A stretch of 64,000 nt of DNA from Rhodospirillaceae bacterium (GCA_033763995.1 JANRJL010000056.1:45718-109717); one strand, 5' to 3'; numbered from the stretch's first letter, positions 1-12,045 are shown. Program-made: numbers and translations. The notes: generated by a model from the sequence alone, not told the origin.

Positions 1-377
1 CGCTCCATTTGCCCTTCGACGCGATCAAAGCCCGGCGCGATGGCCAGGAGGGCGAGCGGCATGATCGCCACCATGATCACGCAAAACACCGCGAGGATCG
101 CCGCCAGCATGGAGGCCGCGTCGTCGGCGAAGGCCTTGGCTTTGGCGGGGCCGTCGCGCTCCACCGCCTGGGCGAAGATCGGCACGAAGCCCGCCGAAAA
201 GGCCCCCTCGGCAAAGAGACGCCGGAACAAATTGGGAAACTGAAAGGCGATCAGAAATGCGTCGGCCGCAGCCCCCGCGCCCAGGAAGGAAGCCGTCAGG
301 ATATCGCGCAGAAATCCGGTGAAGCGCGACAAAAGCGTATAGGAGCCGACCGTGGTGAAGGCGCGCAGTAACGACAT
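1..377 (-). CDS. murJ: Lipid II flippase MurJ/MviN, N-terminal part (gene runs off the left edge)
   Basis: Not in the ORF track because there is no stop in the window. My own minus-strand translation from ATG 377..375 gives MSLLRAFTTVGSYTLLSRFTGFLRDILTASFLGAGAAADAFLIAFQFPNLFRRLFAEGAFSAGFVPIF..., a canonical MurJ N-terminus. It lies directly downstream of glnD, as in many alphaproteobacteria. Confidence 0.85.
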   Translation of the reverse strand, partial: MSLLRAFTTVGSYTLLSRFTGFLRDILTASFLGAGAAADAFLIAFQFPNLFRRLFAEGAFSAGFVPIFAQAVERDGPAKAKAFADDAASMLAAILAVFCVIMVAIMPLALLAIAPGFDRVEGQME

Positions 378-438
378 GATCCGGGTGTAGCCGAAAACCG
401 CGTCAAGGTGAATCGGCCTTGCGGCGAAAAGGCGAAGA

Positions 439-3234
439 TTATTCGGCCGCCGTGGCCTGAATCGCGGCGGGTTTGGGGCGCGAGGCCACGGCCACGTCGC
501 CGGCGGCGACGCCGATGGTCTTGCCCAAGGCATCGCGGATTTGGCGCAACTTGGTCTCGTTCTCGATCTTCATGCCGAAGACGTCCTTGACGTAGAACAC
601 GTCGACCACGCGCTCGCCGTAGGTGGAAATGTGGGCCGAGGCGATCTGCAGGCCGAGATCCGTGAGCGTTTTGGTGACATCGAACAGAAACCCGGGCCGG
701 TCATGGCCGTTGATCTCGATGACGCTGCAGACCTTCGACGCCATGTTGTCGATGAAGACGCGCGGCGGCAGCTCCAACGCCTGGGCGCGGCTCGGCACCC
801 GCAGAACCGCCGTGCGCGCCAATTCCTGATCGAGGCGGATGCGCCCTTCCAGTGCCATGACCAGCCGCGACTTGATGCGCTCCAGCCGCGCGTCTTGAAC
901 GATCGGCTCGCCGTCGTAGTCCTGGAAATAAAAGGTATCGAGCGCCATGCCGTTGGCGAGCGTGAGAATCTTGGCATCGACGATGGACACGCCCGACAGC
1001 GCCAAGGCGCCGGCGATCTTGGCGAAGAGGCCGGGGTGGTCGGGCGTGTAGATCAGCATGGAGGTGGCATCGCGCGTGGTCTCGACGCTGAAGCTGACGG
1101 CGATTTTTTCGCCCTTGGCTTCGGCGGCGCGAATAAAGCGCGCATGACGTTCCTGGCTGTCGGTATCATAGGCCAGCCAGTAGGCCGGCGAGGCCGACGC
1201 GGCGACGATCTCGCGCGATTGCGCAGACCAATCGGACAGCCGCGCCAATAGCGCCTCGCGTTTGGCGGCCACGCGGGCGTCGCGGGTGGCGGTGTTTTGG
1301 GCGCCCGACATGACTTCCTCGGCGCGATGAAACAGCTCGCGCAGCAGCGTCGCTTTCCAATTGTTCCACACGTTGGGGCCCACCGCGCGAATGTCGGCGC
1401 AGGTCAGGACCAGGAGCAGCCGCAGGCGCTCGGGCGACTGAACCGCCTCGGCGAAGCGCGCGATGGTGAGGGGATCGTCGAGATCGCGCTTGAAGGCGGT
1501 ATTGCTCATCAACAGGTGATAACGCACCAGCCAGCTCACCGATTCGGTTTCTTCCGGCGTCAGGCCGAGGCGCGGGCAAAGCTCGTTAGCAATGTCGGCC
1601 CCCAACTCGGAATGATCCCCGCCGCGGCCCTTGGCGATATCGTGCAGCATCACCGCCACGTACAGCGCGCGGCGGGATTGCACCTTGTGAATCACCTCCG
1701 ACGCGATCGGCAGTTCGTCCTTGAGCTTGCCTTGCTCGATGCGGTTGAGGATGCCGATGGCCCGGATGGTGTGCTCGTCGGTGGTGTAGACGTGATACAT
1801 GTCGTACTGCATCTGCGCCACGACGCGCGCGAAATCGGGGATGAAACGCCCGAACACGCCCGCCTCGCTCATCAGCCGCAAGGTGGCCTCGGCGCCGGTG
1901 GGATCGGTGAGGATCTCCATGAACAGAGCGTTGGCCTCGGGCACGTCGCGCAAGGCCGTGGCCGCCATGGCCCGGCGGGCAACGGCGCGCAGGGATTTGG
2001 GCTGAAAGTCGAGTTTGTTGACCTGGGCCGTGCGGAAAATGCGGATCAGCGCCACCGGGTCGCCGTCGAGGTCCTTCTCGCTCTTCAAACCGATGCGCCC
2101 GGCGTCGACCACAAAACCGTCGACATTGCGCCGGCGCAGGGCGGCGGGGAGCTGCAGCAGCGGCTTGCGGCGGCCCTTTTCCTCGAGCATGGCGATAAAC
2201 ACGCGCGTGAGATCGCCGACATCGCGCGCGATGAGGAAGTAGTGGCGCATGAAGCGCTCGACCGCCGTGGAGCCCGGCCGGTCGGCATAGCCCATGCGCC
2301 GGGCCACCTCGCGCTGAAGATCGAAAGTCAGCCGGTTGTCGGGCCGCCCCGAGAGGTAGTGAATGTGGCAGCGCACGGTATTGAGAAATTCGTGGGCCTT
2401 GGCGAAACGCGTGGCCGCCGTGTCGTCGATCAGTCCCATGTCGGCCAGGCGGCGGACATCGGAAACACCGTAGAGATACTTCGCGATCCAGTAGAGCGCG
2501 TGGAGATCGCGCAGGCCGCCTTTGTCGTCTTTCACATTGGGTTCGAGCCGGTAACGCGAATCGCCCTGCTTGGTGTGACGCGCATCGCGCTCGGCCAGTT
2601 TGGCCTGCACGAACTGCGCGCCCGAGCCCTCGACGATCTCCTTCTGAAATCGCGTCTTGAGGTCGGCCGCCAGCTGCTGATCGCCCCATATCCAGCGCGC
2701 GTCGAGCAAGGTCGTGCGCACCGTCATGTCGGCCTTGGCATGAAGCATGTTGTCGTCGATGGAGCGCACCGCCTGGCCAACCTTCAGGCCCAAGTCCCAA
2801 AGCGTGTAGAGGATGAATTCGATGACCTGCTCCGAGAACGGCGTCTTCTTGTAGGGCAGCAGAAACAACAGATCGACGTCAGACAGCGGCGCCAACTCGC
2901 CGCGCCCGTAGCCGCCGATGGCCAACACCGAGAGCCGTTCGCCGGTGGTGGGCACGCCGCGTCGCGCCAAGTGCGTGACAGCATGATCGAACAACACGCG
3001 GATGAGCTGATCATGCAAGAACGCAAGCTCGGCCACCGTGTCGTTGCCCGAGTGACGGCCGGCATCGAGCCGGCGGCGCACTTCGTCCTGGCCCGCTTTG
3101 AACGCAAGCTTCAGCGCCGCCAGCACCTGGGCGCGCCGATCGGTCTCGGTGGCATCGGAGTCCTCGATGGTGTCGAGGCGTTCGACGAGGGCTCGACGAT
3201 CGATGATCGCGCGGGGGTGAAGAATATTTCGCAA
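439..3234 (-). CDS. glnD: [Protein-PII] uridylyltransferase / uridylyl-removing enzyme GlnD
   Basis: 931-aa ORF with an N-terminal nucleotidyltransferase region (GGYGRGELAPLSDVDLLFL), a central HD domain (LHDIAKGRGGDHSELG) and two C-terminal ACT-like repeats. Size and order are typical of GlnD. Confidence 0.95.
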   Translation of the reverse strand: MRNILHPRAIIDRRALVERLDTIEDSDATETDRRAQVLAALKLAFKAGQDEVRRRLDAGRHSGNDTVAELAFLHDQLIRVLFDHAVTHLARRGVPTTGERLSVLAIGGYGRGELAPLSDVDLLFLLPYKKTPFSEQVIEFILYTLWDLGLKVGQAVRSIDDNMLHAKADMTVRTTLLDARWIWGDQQLAADLKTRFQKEIVEGSGAQFVQAKLAERDARHTKQGDSRYRLEPNVKDDKGGLRDLHALYWIAKYLYGVSDVRRLADMGLIDDTAATRFAKAHEFLNTVRCHIHYLSGRPDNRLTFDLQREVARRMGYADRPGSTAVERFMRHYFLIARDVGDLTRVFIAMLEEKGRRKPLLQLPAALRRRNVDGFVVDAGRIGLKSEKDLDGDPVALIRIFRTAQVNKLDFQPKSLRAVARRAMAATALRDVPEANALFMEILTDPTGAEATLRLMSEAGVFGRFIPDFARVVAQMQYDMYHVYTTDEHTIRAIGILNRIEQGKLKDELPIASEVIHKVQSRRALYVAVMLHDIAKGRGGDHSELGADIANELCPRLGLTPEETESVSWLVRYHLLMSNTAFKRDLDDPLTIARFAEAVQSPERLRLLLVLTCADIRAVGPNVWNNWKATLLRELFHRAEEVMSGAQNTATRDARVAAKREALLARLSDWSAQSREIVAASASPAYWLAYDTDSQERHARFIRAAEAKGEKIAVSFSVETTRDATSMLIYTPDHPGLFAKIAGALALSGVSIVDAKILTLANGMALDTFYFQDYDGEPIVQDARLERIKSRLVMALEGRIRLDQELARTAVLRVPSRAQALELPPRVFIDNMASKVCSVIEINGHDRPGFLFDVTKTLTDLGLQIASAHISTYGERVVDVFYVKDVFGMKIENETKLRQIRDALGKTIGVAAGDVAVASRPKPAAIQATAAE

Positions 3235-3240
3235 AACGAT

Positions 3241-3639
3241 TTACCGCAGGCGCAGGCCTTGTTCGCGGGCCTCTTTCTCGGGCACCTTGATCACGCGTTC
3301 GGTTTGTTTTTGCGGAATGATCGGCGGCTTGCGTTCGCCGCCGGCCGCGGGAAGACCACCAAGTCCGCCGAGGGCGCCCTCCATGGCGAAGCGCGACTTC
3401 ACCCGCGCGCTGATAACGGCCTGCAGCTCGAGCGTCTTGGCCTGGCCCACGAACAGCAGCGCGAACAGCAGCGCCATGATGGCGCCGGCGAAAGCATAAA
3501 CGTCATTGACCCACTCGTAGCCCGAGAAAGCCAGCAGCAACGCCGAGATGCAGCCGATCATGCAAAAGATGCCCATCCACTGCAGGATCGTCGCCATGGC
3601 GGGAATGTCGGGTTTATCGGGGTCGATGTGAAACACCAT
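3241..3639 (-). CDS. Small integral membrane protein, function unknown
   Basis: 132-aa ORF with two clear hydrophobic helices (ILQWMGIFCMIGCISALLLAF, AFAGAIMALLFALLFVGQA) followed by a charged tail. Its stop is 7 nt upstream of the glnD start, so it is probably co-transcribed. No family recognised. Confidence 0.55.
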   Translation of the reverse strand: MVFHIDPDKPDIPAMATILQWMGIFCMIGCISALLLAFSGYEWVNDVYAFAGAIMALLFALLFVGQAKTLELQAVISARVKSRFAMEGALGGLGGLPAAGGERKPPIIPQKQTERVIKVPEKEAREQGLRLR

Positions 3640-3736
3640 GGCGGCCTCCCGGCCGGAGCCTGTGAGGGGTCAAACGCAAGCAGCTAGCAGAATGTAAGTA
3701 TATCAGAGCCCAGGCGCCATGCAGACACCATGCAGA

Positions 3737-6484
3737 TTAACCGCGCGAGATCAGCCCCTTAAGCCGGTACAGGGCCTCAAGGGCCTCGCGGGGGCTTAAG
3801 TTGTCGGGGTTGAGCGCCTTGAGCACCTCATCCAACTCGCGCGACACCTGGGCCTTGGCGGGTTTGGGCGGATGGGCCAGAGCGGCAAAGAGGGGGAGAT
3901 CGGCGGCAAGCTTCCTGGCCGATCCGATCTGATCGCTTTTCTCAAGAATTTCAAGGACTTCCTCGGCCCTGGCGATGACGGGCGCTGGCATGCCGGCCAA
4001 GCCCGCCACATGAATGCCGTAGGAGCGGTCGGCCGTCCCGGGGCCAATTTCGTGGAGAAACACCACATCACCCTGCCAGTCTTTGACCTTCATGGTGTGG
4101 GGCGCCAGTTCGGCCAAGCGGCCGCCCAGGACCGTGAGCTCGTGATAGTGGGTCGCGAACAGCGCGCGGCAGGCATTGACGTCGTGCAAGTGTTCCAGCG
4201 TCGCCCAGGCGATGGACAGGCCGTCGAAAGTGGATGTGCCGCGCCCGATTTCATCGAGGATCACGAGAGAGCGCGGCGTGGCTTGGTTGAGGATCGCCGC
4301 CGTCTCGACCATTTCCACCATGAAGGTCGACCGGCCCCGCGCCAGATCGTCGGCCGCACCCACGCGCGAGAACAACTTGTCGACCGCGCCGATGTGCGCC
4401 GCCGTGGCCGGAACATAGAGGCCCGCCTGGGCCATGATCGCGATCAGCGCGTTTTGGCGCAGGAAGGTGCTTTTGCCCGCCATGTTGGGGCCCGTCACAA
4501 GCCAAAGCCGCCCGGCGCCGGAGTCCGTCTTGCTGCGCAAGTCGCAATCGTTGGCGATGAAGGCCCCGGTGCCGTCGCGTTTCAACGCCGCTTCGACAAT
4601 GGGATGGCGCCCGCCGGAAATCTGGAAGACGGTGCTTTGGTCGATCACCGGGCGGGCATAATTCATCTCAATGGCCAGTGCGGCACCGGCGGTGGCGACA
4701 TCGAGTTCGGCCAAAGCGCGCGCCATGGCCGAAAGGCCATCCGCCGCAGCCGTCACGGCCTGCGTTAATTCCGCGAAAATAGAAAGTTCGAGCGCCAACG
4801 CCTTCTCGGCGGCGGAGCGAATGCGGTCTTCCAACTCCGAGAGCTCGATGGTGGTAAAGCGCATCGCATTCGCCAGAGTCTGGCGGTGAATGAACTTGGC
4901 GGCCCCGCCGTCATTCTTCGCGTCGCGGCCATCGGTCACCCACTTCTCGCCGTGCTTGGCATTCACCTCGATGTAGTAGCCCAGCACGTTGTTATGCCGA
5001 ATCTTGAGCGAGGGAACGCCGGTGGATTCAGCATAGGTGTTCTGAAGTCCGGCGATGAGCCGCCGGCTGTCGTCACGCAAGAGCACGAGTTGGTCGAGGT
5101 CTTGCGAGAATCCCTGCCGCACGAAACCGCCGTCGCGCGCCAGCAATGGCAGGCTGTCGCTCAAGGCATCGCCGAGCCGCCGCGCCAAGCTCGCGTGATC
5201 GCCGAGGTCGGACAGGGACTGTTGAACGCCTGGCGGCGGCGGCAACAGCGAGGCGCCGGCGGCCGCAATAGCCCGGTGCAAATGCGGCGTCTGCAACAGC
5301 GCATCACGCACGGCGGCGAGATCGCGTGGGCCACCGCGCCCCAGCACAAGACGCGACAAGGCGCGCTCAAGGTCGGGGCAGGTGGACAGGCGCTCGCGCA
5401 GCACGTCACGCACGCCACTCGCCGCGATGAAAAACGCCACGGTGTCATGGCGTGCCGCAATGTGCGGCGGGTCCGTGAGGGGTGCCGCCAGCCGCGCGGC
5501 CAGCATCCGCGCGCCGGAAGACGTCAGAGTGCGGTCGACGGACGCCAGCAGACTTCCGCCGCGCTCGCCGGTGAGCGTTTGGGTGAGTTCGAGGTTGCGC
5601 CGCGTCGCGGCGTCGATTTCCATCACCGCGCCGGTCGCATTCTTCCGCAACGGCGCGATGCGCGGCAGTTTGCCTTTCTGCGTCAGCTCCACATAGTCGA
5701 CCAGGGCGCCGGCGGCGGCCACTTCGGCGCGGGAGAAATTGCCGAAGGCATCCAGCGTGGCGACGCCGTAGAGTCTCTGCAAGCGCAGGCGGGCGTTTTC
5801 GGAATCGAACCGCGACGAGGGCTGCGGCGAGATGGAAAAGCCCGTGCTCTTCAAAGTTTCGCGAAACTCAGCATCTTCGAGTATTTTTTCCGAGACGATG
5901 ATCTCGCCGGGAGCGACGCGGGCCAGCACCGCCGCGAGACTCGGCCCCAGAATCGTTTCAACGAAAATCTCGCCCACGGAAATGTCGATCCACGCCAGGC
6001 CCAACGCCGTTTCGGTCTCGGCGCGAACCTGGGTGATGGCGGCGAGATAGTTATTGGCGCGCGCGTCCAGCAGCGTGTCTTCGGTCAGGGTGCCCGGCGT
6101 GATCAGGCGCACCACATCGCGTTTGACCACCGACTTGGAGCCGCGCTTTTTGGCCTCGGCCGGATCCTCCATCTGCTCGCAAACCGCGACCTTGAAGCCC
6201 TTGCGGATCAGCCGCGCTAGGTAGCTCTCGTGGCTGTGCACCGGCACGCCGCACATGGGGATGTCGTCGCCCGCATGCTTGCCGCGCTTGGTGAGCGCGA
6301 TATCCAGCGCCGCGGCGGCCTTGACCGCGTCGTCGAAGAATAGCTCGTAGAAATCGCCCATGCGGTAGAACAACAGGGCGTCGGGATAGCCGGCCTTGAC
6401 CGACAAATACTGCGCCATGAGCGGCGTCGTGCCTTCGGCAGCGCTGGCGAGGTCGGCGGAATCGGGCGAGCGGGAGTCGTTCAT
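3737..6484 (-). CDS. mutS: DNA mismatch repair protein MutS
   Basis: 915 aa. N-terminal mismatch-binding motif ([34 protein letters not shown]), Walker A ([13 protein letters not shown]) and a C-terminal dimerisation region. Confidence 0.97.
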   Translation of the reverse strand: MNDSRSPDSADLASAAEGTTPLMAQYLSVKAGYPDALLFYRMGDFYELFFDDAVKAAAALDIALTKRGKHAGDDIPMCGVPVHSHESYLARLIRKGFKVAVCEQMEDPAEAKKRGSKSVVKRDVVRLITPGTLTEDTLLDARANNYLAAITQVRAETETALGLAWIDISVGEIFVETILGPSLAAVLARVAPGEIIVSEKILEDAEFRETLKSTGFSISPQPSSRFDSENARLRLQRLYGVATLDAFGNFSRAEVAAAGALVDYVELTQKGKLPRIAPLRKNATGAVMEIDAATRRNLELTQTLTGERGGSLLASVDRTLTSSGARMLAARLAAPLTDPPHIAARHDTVAFFIAASGVRDVLRERLSTCPDLERALSRLVLGRGGPRDLAAVRDALLQTPHLHRAIAAAGASLLPPPPGVQQSLSDLGDHASLARRLGDALSDSLPLLARDGGFVRQGFSQDLDQLVLLRDDSRRLIAGLQNTYAESTGVPSLKIRHNNVLGYYIEVNAKHGEKWVTDGRDAKNDGGAAKFIHRQTLANAMRFTTIELSELEDRIRSAAEKALALELSIFAELTQAVTAAADGLSAMARALAELDVATAGAALAIEMNYARPVIDQSTVFQISGGRHPIVEAALKRDGTGAFIANDCDLRSKTDSGAGRLWLVTGPNMAGKSTFLRQNALIAIMAQAGLYVPATAAHIGAVDKLFSRVGAADDLARGRSTFMVEMVETAAILNQATPRSLVILDEIGRGTSTFDGLSIAWATLEHLHDVNACRALFATHYHELTVLGGRLAELAPHTMKVKDWQGDVVFLHEIGPGTADRSYGIHVAGLAGMPAPVIARAEEVLEILEKSDQIGSARKLAADLPLFAALAHPPKPAKAQVSRELDEVLKALNPDNLSPREALEALYRLKGLISRG

Positions 6485-6616
6485 GGCGAGGCGGTTTTAT
6501 AGCACGGCGCGCTCAGCGCAATGACAGTGTTATGACGCCCAGCCACGCCTCGGAACGGCCTTTGCATCCTTCGCCCGGTCGCGCAGAATGTGAACTTCAG
6601 AAGAGAAGGTTTGCTT

Positions 6617-8896
6617 ATGCCCAAACGCATGCAACGCAATCTTGACCGCGAGGCCTTGGCCTTTCATGCCTCGGGCCGGCCCGGCAAGATCGAGATCACG
6701 CCGACCAAGCCCTTGACCACCCAGCGCGATCTGTCGCTGGCCTATTCGCCGGGCGTGGCCGCGCCCTGTCTTGAAATCGCGCGCGATCCGGCCCTGGCCT
6801 ACGACTATACCGCCAAGGGTAATTTGGTCGCCGTCATTTCCAACGGCACGGCCGTGCTGGGCCTGGGCGATTTGGGCGCCATCGCCGGCAAGCCGGTCAT
6901 GGAGGGCAAGGCGGTGCTGTTCAAAAGATTCGCCGATGTCGACGGCATCGACCTGGAGGTCGACACCAAGGACGTGGAGGAGTTCATCAACTGCGTGCGC
7001 TTCCTGGGGCCGACCTTCGGCGGCATCAACCTGGAGGACATCAAGGCGCCGGAGTGCTTCATCATCGAAAGCCGCTTGCGCGAGATCATGGACATCCCCG
7101 TCTTCCATGATGATCAGCACGGCACCGCCATCATCGCCGCCGCGGGCCTGATCAACGCCTGCGACCTGACCAAGCGAAAATTATCCGAGATCACTTTGGT
7201 CGTGAACGGCGCCGGTGCCGCCGCGGTGGCCTGCGTGGAATTGGTGAAGTCATTGGGCGTGAAAAACGACCGCGTCATCATGTGCGATTCCAAAGGCGTG
7301 ATCTACAAAGGCCGCACCGAGGGCATGAACCAATGGAAATCGGCCCACGCGGTGGACACCAAGGCCCGCAGCTTGGCCGACGCGATCAAAGGCGCGGATG
7401 CGTTTTTCGGCCTCAGCGTCAAGGGCGCGGTGACGAAAGACATGGTCGCGTCCATGGCCAAACAGCCCATCATCTTCGCCATGGCCAACCCGGACCCCGA
7501 GATCACGCCCGAGGATGTGGCCGAGGTGCGCAAGGACGCCATCGTCGCCACGGGCCGATCGGACTACGCCAATCAAGTGAACAACGTGCTGGGCTTTCCG
7601 TTCATCTTTCGCGGTGCATTGGACGTTCGCGCGCGCACCATCAACGACGAGATGAAAGTCGCCGCCGCGCGCGCCCTGGCCGATCTCGCGCGCCAGGACG
7701 TGCCCGACGAGGTGGCCGCCGCTTATGCCGGGCGGAAGCTCAGGTACGGCCGCGAATACATCATTCCCGTGCCCTTCGATCCGCGCTTGATCGCTACCGT
7801 GCCGGCGGCCGTGGCCCAAGCGGCCATGGATTCGGGCGTGGCGCGCAAGCCTATCGTCGACATGGCGGCCTACCGCAAGGAACTGGCCGCGCGCCTCGAC
7901 CCCACGGTCGCAAGCCTGCAAACCATCGCCGCAGAAGTGACGCGCCGCCCGCAAACCGTGGTGTTCGCCGAGGGCGAGGAAGAACGCTCCATCCGCGCCG
8001 CCATCGCCTATCGCAACGCCGGCTACGGCAAGGCCATTCTGGTGGCGCGGCGGCGCAAGTTCGAGAACACCTTGGCCGAGTTGGGCATGAAGGCCGAGGA
8101 TTTGGAGGGCATCACCATCACCAACGCGCGCGAGTCGGACGCCAACGACGCCTATACCGATTTCGTCTATCGCCGCCTGCAACGGCAGGGAGTGCTCAAA
8201 CGCGATTGCCAGCGCATGGTCACCATGGACCGCAACATCTTCGGCGCCTGCATGGTGGCGTTTGGCCATGCGGACTGCATGGTGACGGGGCTCACGCGCA
8301 CCTATCATACGGCGCTGAACGAGGTGCGTCGCGTGGTTGACGCGAAGCCTGGCAGCCTGGTCTTCGGCCTCAACATCATTGTCGTGCGGGGCCGCACACT
8401 GTTTGTGGCCGACACCGCCGTGATCGAGCGGCCGACACCGGAGGAGTTGCGCACCATCGCCATCGAGAGCGCGGCGGCCGCCCGCCGCCTGGGCCATGAG
8501 CCGCGCGTGGCGTTGTTGTCCTACTCGAACTTCGGCAATCCGCCTGGCGCCGTGGCTGAAACCATGACGGCGGCCGTCAAGCTGTTGGATGCGGCGAAGG
8601 TGGATTTCGAGTTCGACGGCGAAATGGGCGTGGACGTGGCGCTGGATCCCGACTTGCGCAAAATCTATCCCTTCTGCCGCCTCACGGGACCGGCCAACGT
8701 GCTGGTGATGCCGGGGCTCCATGCCGCGAATATCTCGACCAAATTGATTCAACGCTTCGGCGCGGCCACCACCATCGGTCCCGTGCTGTTGGGTTTGGAG
8801 AAAAACGTGCAGATCGTCTCCATGGACGCCGGGGTCGCCGACCTGGTGCAAATGGCCTTGATGGCCGCTCACAGCGGCGTCGGCCGCTTGATTTAG
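6617..8896 (+). CDS. maeB: NADP-dependent malic enzyme (malic enzyme domain fused to a phosphate acetyltransferase-like domain)
   Basis: The track ORF starts at GTG 6590. ATG 6617 has an AGAAGG Shine-Dalgarno-like sequence 7 nt upstream. Malic enzyme core ([22 protein letters not shown] Rossmann motif) plus a ~330-aa PTA-like C-terminal domain, as in MaeB/Tme/Dme. Confidence 0.93.
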   Translation: MPKRMQRNLDREALAFHASGRPGKIEITPTKPLTTQRDLSLAYSPGVAAPCLEIARDPALAYDYTAKGNLVAVISNGTAVLGLGDLGAIAGKPVMEGKAVLFKRFADVDGIDLEVDTKDVEEFINCVRFLGPTFGGINLEDIKAPECFIIESRLREIMDIPVFHDDQHGTAIIAAAGLINACDLTKRKLSEITLVVNGAGAAAVACVELVKSLGVKNDRVIMCDSKGVIYKGRTEGMNQWKSAHAVDTKARSLADAIKGADAFFGLSVKGAVTKDMVASMAKQPIIFAMANPDPEITPEDVAEVRKDAIVATGRSDYANQVNNVLGFPFIFRGALDVRARTINDEMKVAAARALADLARQDVPDEVAAAYAGRKLRYGREYIIPVPFDPRLIATVPAAVAQAAMDSGVARKPIVDMAAYRKELAARLDPTVASLQTIAAEVTRRPQTVVFAEGEEERSIRAAIAYRNAGYGKAILVARRRKFENTLAELGMKAEDLEGITITNARESDANDAYTDFVYRRLQRQGVLKRDCQRMVTMDRNIFGACMVAFGHADCMVTGLTRTYHTALNEVRRVVDAKPGSLVFGLNIIVVRGRTLFVADTAVIERPTPEELRTIAIESAAAARRLGHEPRVALLSYSNFGNPPGAVAETMTAAVKLLDAAKVDFEFDGEMGVDVALDPDLRKIYPFCRLTGPANVLVMPGLHAANISTKLIQRFGAATTIGPVLLGLEKNVQIVSMDAGVADLVQMALMAAHSGVGRLI

Positions 8897-8906
8897 GAAG
8901 ATATCT

Positions 8907-10310
8907 TTGTCCGATCAGGATTCCTTGCCCGCGAAATCCGCCCGCCGCTTGCTCGCGTGGTCGTTGGGGCCCTGCGTGCCGGCCTGGGCGGTGTTGCTGG
9001 CGCTTTACGGCTTGGAGCGGTTGACGTGGGTCGAGGCGCTGGTCTCAGCCGCGCTCGTTTTCGTCTTGATGGCGGTGCTCGTCTTTGCGCGGCTCGCGGA
9101 TTTCGAACGCCTGATCCGTTATGCCGAGGCGCTGTTCAATAATCCTGAAACACCCGCGCCGCCGATTTTTACTTCGGCCACGGCGCAGCGTCTGCTGACG
9201 GCGCTGAACGCTTTGCGGCGGCTATGGACGGAACGGCGCGACGAGGCGCAGGTTCTGGCGCGATCGCGCCAAGACATTCTCGATTGTTTGCCCGATCCGC
9301 TGCTGTTGCTGGACAAGCAGCGCCGCGTGATTGAGGCCAATCAAGCGGCGCAGATTCTGCTGGAACGCGGTTTGACCGGGCTCGACTTGGCCAGCGTAAT
9401 TCGCGATCCCAAAGTGTTGGAGGCCGCGGACGCTGCCTTGCGGGAGGACAGAAGAACCGAGACGCAATTCACGCTCACGACGCCGGTGGAGCGCACCTTT
9501 GGCGCGCTGTTGGTGCCGCTCAAGACGCCGGTCAAGGACGGCACGGCCTTGATCTTGGCGCTGCAAGAGCAGACGGAGCGTCTCAAAATGGATCGGATGC
9601 GCGCCGACTTCGTCGCCAACGCCAGCCACGAACTGCGCACGCCCTTGACGGCGGTGTTGGGATTCATCGAGACCCTGCGTGGGGCGGCGAAGGACGACGC
9701 CGAAGCGCGCGAACAATTTCTCGACATCATGTTGAAGCAAGCCACGCGCATGACGCGATTGATCGACGATTTGTTGTCGTTGTCGCGCATCGAGATGCGG
9801 GAGCACGCGCGGCCGACGGAAGCCGTTGACCTGGGTAACGTTTTGCGCGGCACGGCGGACTTGCTCGATACTCAAGCCAAACAAAAGCGCTGCGAGATTC
9901 GCATCGACGTTCCTGCAACCTTGCCCAGGGCGATCGGCGATGCGTCAGAGCTCGGGCAGGTGGTGTTCAACCTCGCCGCCAACGCGATCAAGTACGGCGG
10001 CGAGGGCGGCCCCGTGGAGTTGTCCGCCGCGCTCGTGCCCGTTCGTCCGTTGTCCATGCCCGGACAAGGCCCGTGCCTGAAGATCGCCGTGCGCGACTAT
10101 GGTGAAGGCATCGCCAAGGAACATTTGCCGCGCTTGACCGAACGTTTTTATCGCGTGGACACCGCCCGCTCGCGCGAGTTGGGCGGCACGGGCCTGGGCC
10201 TGGCGATCGTCAAGCACATCACCAACCGTCACCGCGGCGCGCTGGTGATCGAAAGCGAGGTCGGCAAGGGCTCGACGTTCTCGGTGTATCTGCCGATCGC
10301 GTCGAGTTAA
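8907..10310 (+). CDS. phoR: PhoR-like sensor histidine kinase (2 TM, PAS, HisKA, HATPase_c)
   Basis: 467 aa. H-box FVANASHELRTPLT, N/G boxes (NLAANAIKYG, GGTGLGLAIVKH), an N-terminal membrane anchor and a PAS-like segment (LPDPLLLLDKQRRVIEANQAA). The only in-frame start is TTG at 8907, so the start is uncertain. No adjacent response regulator. Confidence 0.7.
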   Translation: MSDQDSLPAKSARRLLAWSLGPCVPAWAVLLALYGLERLTWVEALVSAALVFVLMAVLVFARLADFERLIRYAEALFNNPETPAPPIFTSATAQRLLTALNALRRLWTERRDEAQVLARSRQDILDCLPDPLLLLDKQRRVIEANQAAQILLERGLTGLDLASVIRDPKVLEAADAALREDRRTETQFTLTTPVERTFGALLVPLKTPVKDGTALILALQEQTERLKMDRMRADFVANASHELRTPLTAVLGFIETLRGAAKDDAEAREQFLDIMLKQATRMTRLIDDLLSLSRIEMREHARPTEAVDLGNVLRGTADLLDTQAKQKRCEIRIDVPATLPRAIGDASELGQVVFNLAANAIKYGGEGGPVELSAALVPVRPLSMPGQGPCLKIAVRDYGEGIAKEHLPRLTERFYRVDTARSRELGGTGLGLAIVKHITNRHRGALVIESEVGKGSTFSVYLPIASS

Positions 10311-11992
10311 GGCTTTTCCTTGGATTTGGTCCGGTGAACGACAAGCCAGGTCAATAGGATTCCGCTCAGGCCCGCCACGAACGTGTAAACGAAGAATACG
10401 ACGTACCCTGCGCCTAGCGCCGCCGGCGCAACGCCTAATTTAGCCGCACCCTGCGCCAAGGAACCCGCCGGCAAATGGGCGAAGAGAGACGTGAGGGATG
10501 CAAACGGGCCGCCGCCATCAACCGAGCGCGCGGCGGCCTCCACAATTCTACCCGACTGCGAGCCCGCGAGTTTTCCCGGGATCGCGTAGAGCGAGGAGAA
10601 TAGCGCGTACTGCGTCGCCGTGAAGCCCTCCGCCGTGAGACTGGACATATAAGCAATGAGACACGTGCCGGAGAACCCTTCGGAGATGTTGTCGATGCTG
10701 ATGGCCACGGTCAGCGCGAAGAGATCGGGGCCCTGCGTGGCCAGCCAAGCGAAGACGAGGTTGCTGATGGGGCCGATCAGCGCGCCCACCAACAGCGGCC
10801 CCATCAGGCCCCAGCGGGCGATGGCGTAACCCCCGGCAAAGACACCGATCATGGACATGGCCGTGCCGTAGAGTTTGCGCACCTCAGCGATCTCGGTGAG
10901 CGTGAAGCCGAGATCGATGTAGAACGGGTTCATGATATTGAGCGTGAAGTCGGCCAGGCGATACAGGCAGATCAAGGCCAGGATGAGCGCGGCAGTGCCG
11001 CGATAGCGTCCGAAGAAGTCAGCCAACGGATCGCCAAAGGCATGGGAGAGAAGCGCCCCGGGGCGCGTCGGCCTGCCGCGTAAGGGCCAGGCCGCCACAG
11101 CAATCAGGGCTCCGCCCACCAACACACCGAGCAACTGAATCCATACGCCGCTGCCGGGCGCCGTCCATATCGCTTTGAGGGGTTCGGCCACGGCGGCAGG
11201 AAGAACAGAGGCAACTGCGTCCGCCTTGCCTGAAAGTCCCGACCCGAGAACGAGCGCTCCGGTCACGAGCACCATGAGGCGAAGCAGCCATTCGAAACGT
11301 TCGGTCCAGGGCCGCGACGGCAGACCGCCGTCGGGGATCGGCCGCACCACGTGCTCGCGTTCGCGGGGCGCGAACAGCACGGCCAAGATCCCGACCGCCA
11401 TCAACGCGCCCATGACGGCATAGGACAACGACCACGTATAAAGCTGCGCGAGAATCAAAGGTGCGGCGCCGGCGACGATGCGCGCCGCGCGGTAGCCCCA
11501 GGTGTACGCGGCCACCATGGCGCCCTGGCGTTCTTCGCCCACGGCCTCGATGCGCCAGGCATCGATGACAATGTCCTGCGTCGCCGAGGAAAAACCCGTG
11601 ATCACGGCAAACAAGGCCATGAGGCCCAGATTTGACGCGGGGTCCGTGCCGGCGATCAGCCACAATCCGGCGATGACGGCACCCTGCGCCACCAGCATCC
11701 AGGAGCGACGATGACCCAGAAGCTGCGTCAACACGGGAACCTTGGTGCGATCGACCCACGGCGCCCAGAGAAACTTGAAGGCATAGGCGATGGTGGCGAG
11801 ACTGAAAAAGCCGATGACTTCCAGCGAAAGTCCGGCTTCGCGCAGCCACGCCGACAGCGTGTCAAAGATCAGCAGAAAGGGAAGGCCCGCGGAAAACCCC
11901 AAGGCCAGCATCACCAGCGTGCGCCGCTCGAGAAAAACGCCGAGCGCGGCGATCGTGCCGTTGACGCGGGAAGACTCTGCGGCGGGAACCAT
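10307..11992 (-). CDS. ampG: AmpG-family muropeptide/MFS permease
   Basis: 561-aa polytopic protein. N-terminus GFSAGLPFLLIFDTLSAWLREAGLSLEVIGFFSLATIAYAFKFLWAPWVD matches the AmpG signature. It overlaps the phoR stop by 4 nt (TTAA). Confidence 0.85.
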   Translation of the reverse strand: MVPAAESSRVNGTIAALGVFLERRTLVMLALGFSAGLPFLLIFDTLSAWLREAGLSLEVIGFFSLATIAYAFKFLWAPWVDRTKVPVLTQLLGHRRSWMLVAQGAVIAGLWLIAGTDPASNLGLMALFAVITGFSSATQDIVIDAWRIEAVGEERQGAMVAAYTWGYRAARIVAGAAPLILAQLYTWSLSYAVMGALMAVGILAVLFAPREREHVVRPIPDGGLPSRPWTERFEWLLRLMVLVTGALVLGSGLSGKADAVASVLPAAVAEPLKAIWTAPGSGVWIQLLGVLVGGALIAVAAWPLRGRPTRPGALLSHAFGDPLADFFGRYRGTAALILALICLYRLADFTLNIMNPFYIDLGFTLTEIAEVRKLYGTAMSMIGVFAGGYAIARWGLMGPLLVGALIGPISNLVFAWLATQGPDLFALTVAISIDNISEGFSGTCLIAYMSSLTAEGFTATQYALFSSLYAIPGKLAGSQSGRIVEAAARSVDGGGPFASLTSLFAHLPAGSLAQGAAKLGVAPAALGAGYVVFFVYTFVAGLSGILLTWLVVHRTKSKEKP

Positions 11993-12045
11993 GCCGCAGT
12001 TGTCTCATACTCTTGGCGCCGAGTGAATCCCCCGGCGCGTAAAGA

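Noticed and set aside
9-371. 120-aa and 67-aa plus-strand ORFs at the left edge
   Set aside because: The minus strand here encodes a textbook MurJ N-terminus starting at ATG 377. The plus-strand ORFs are Arg/His-rich shadows.
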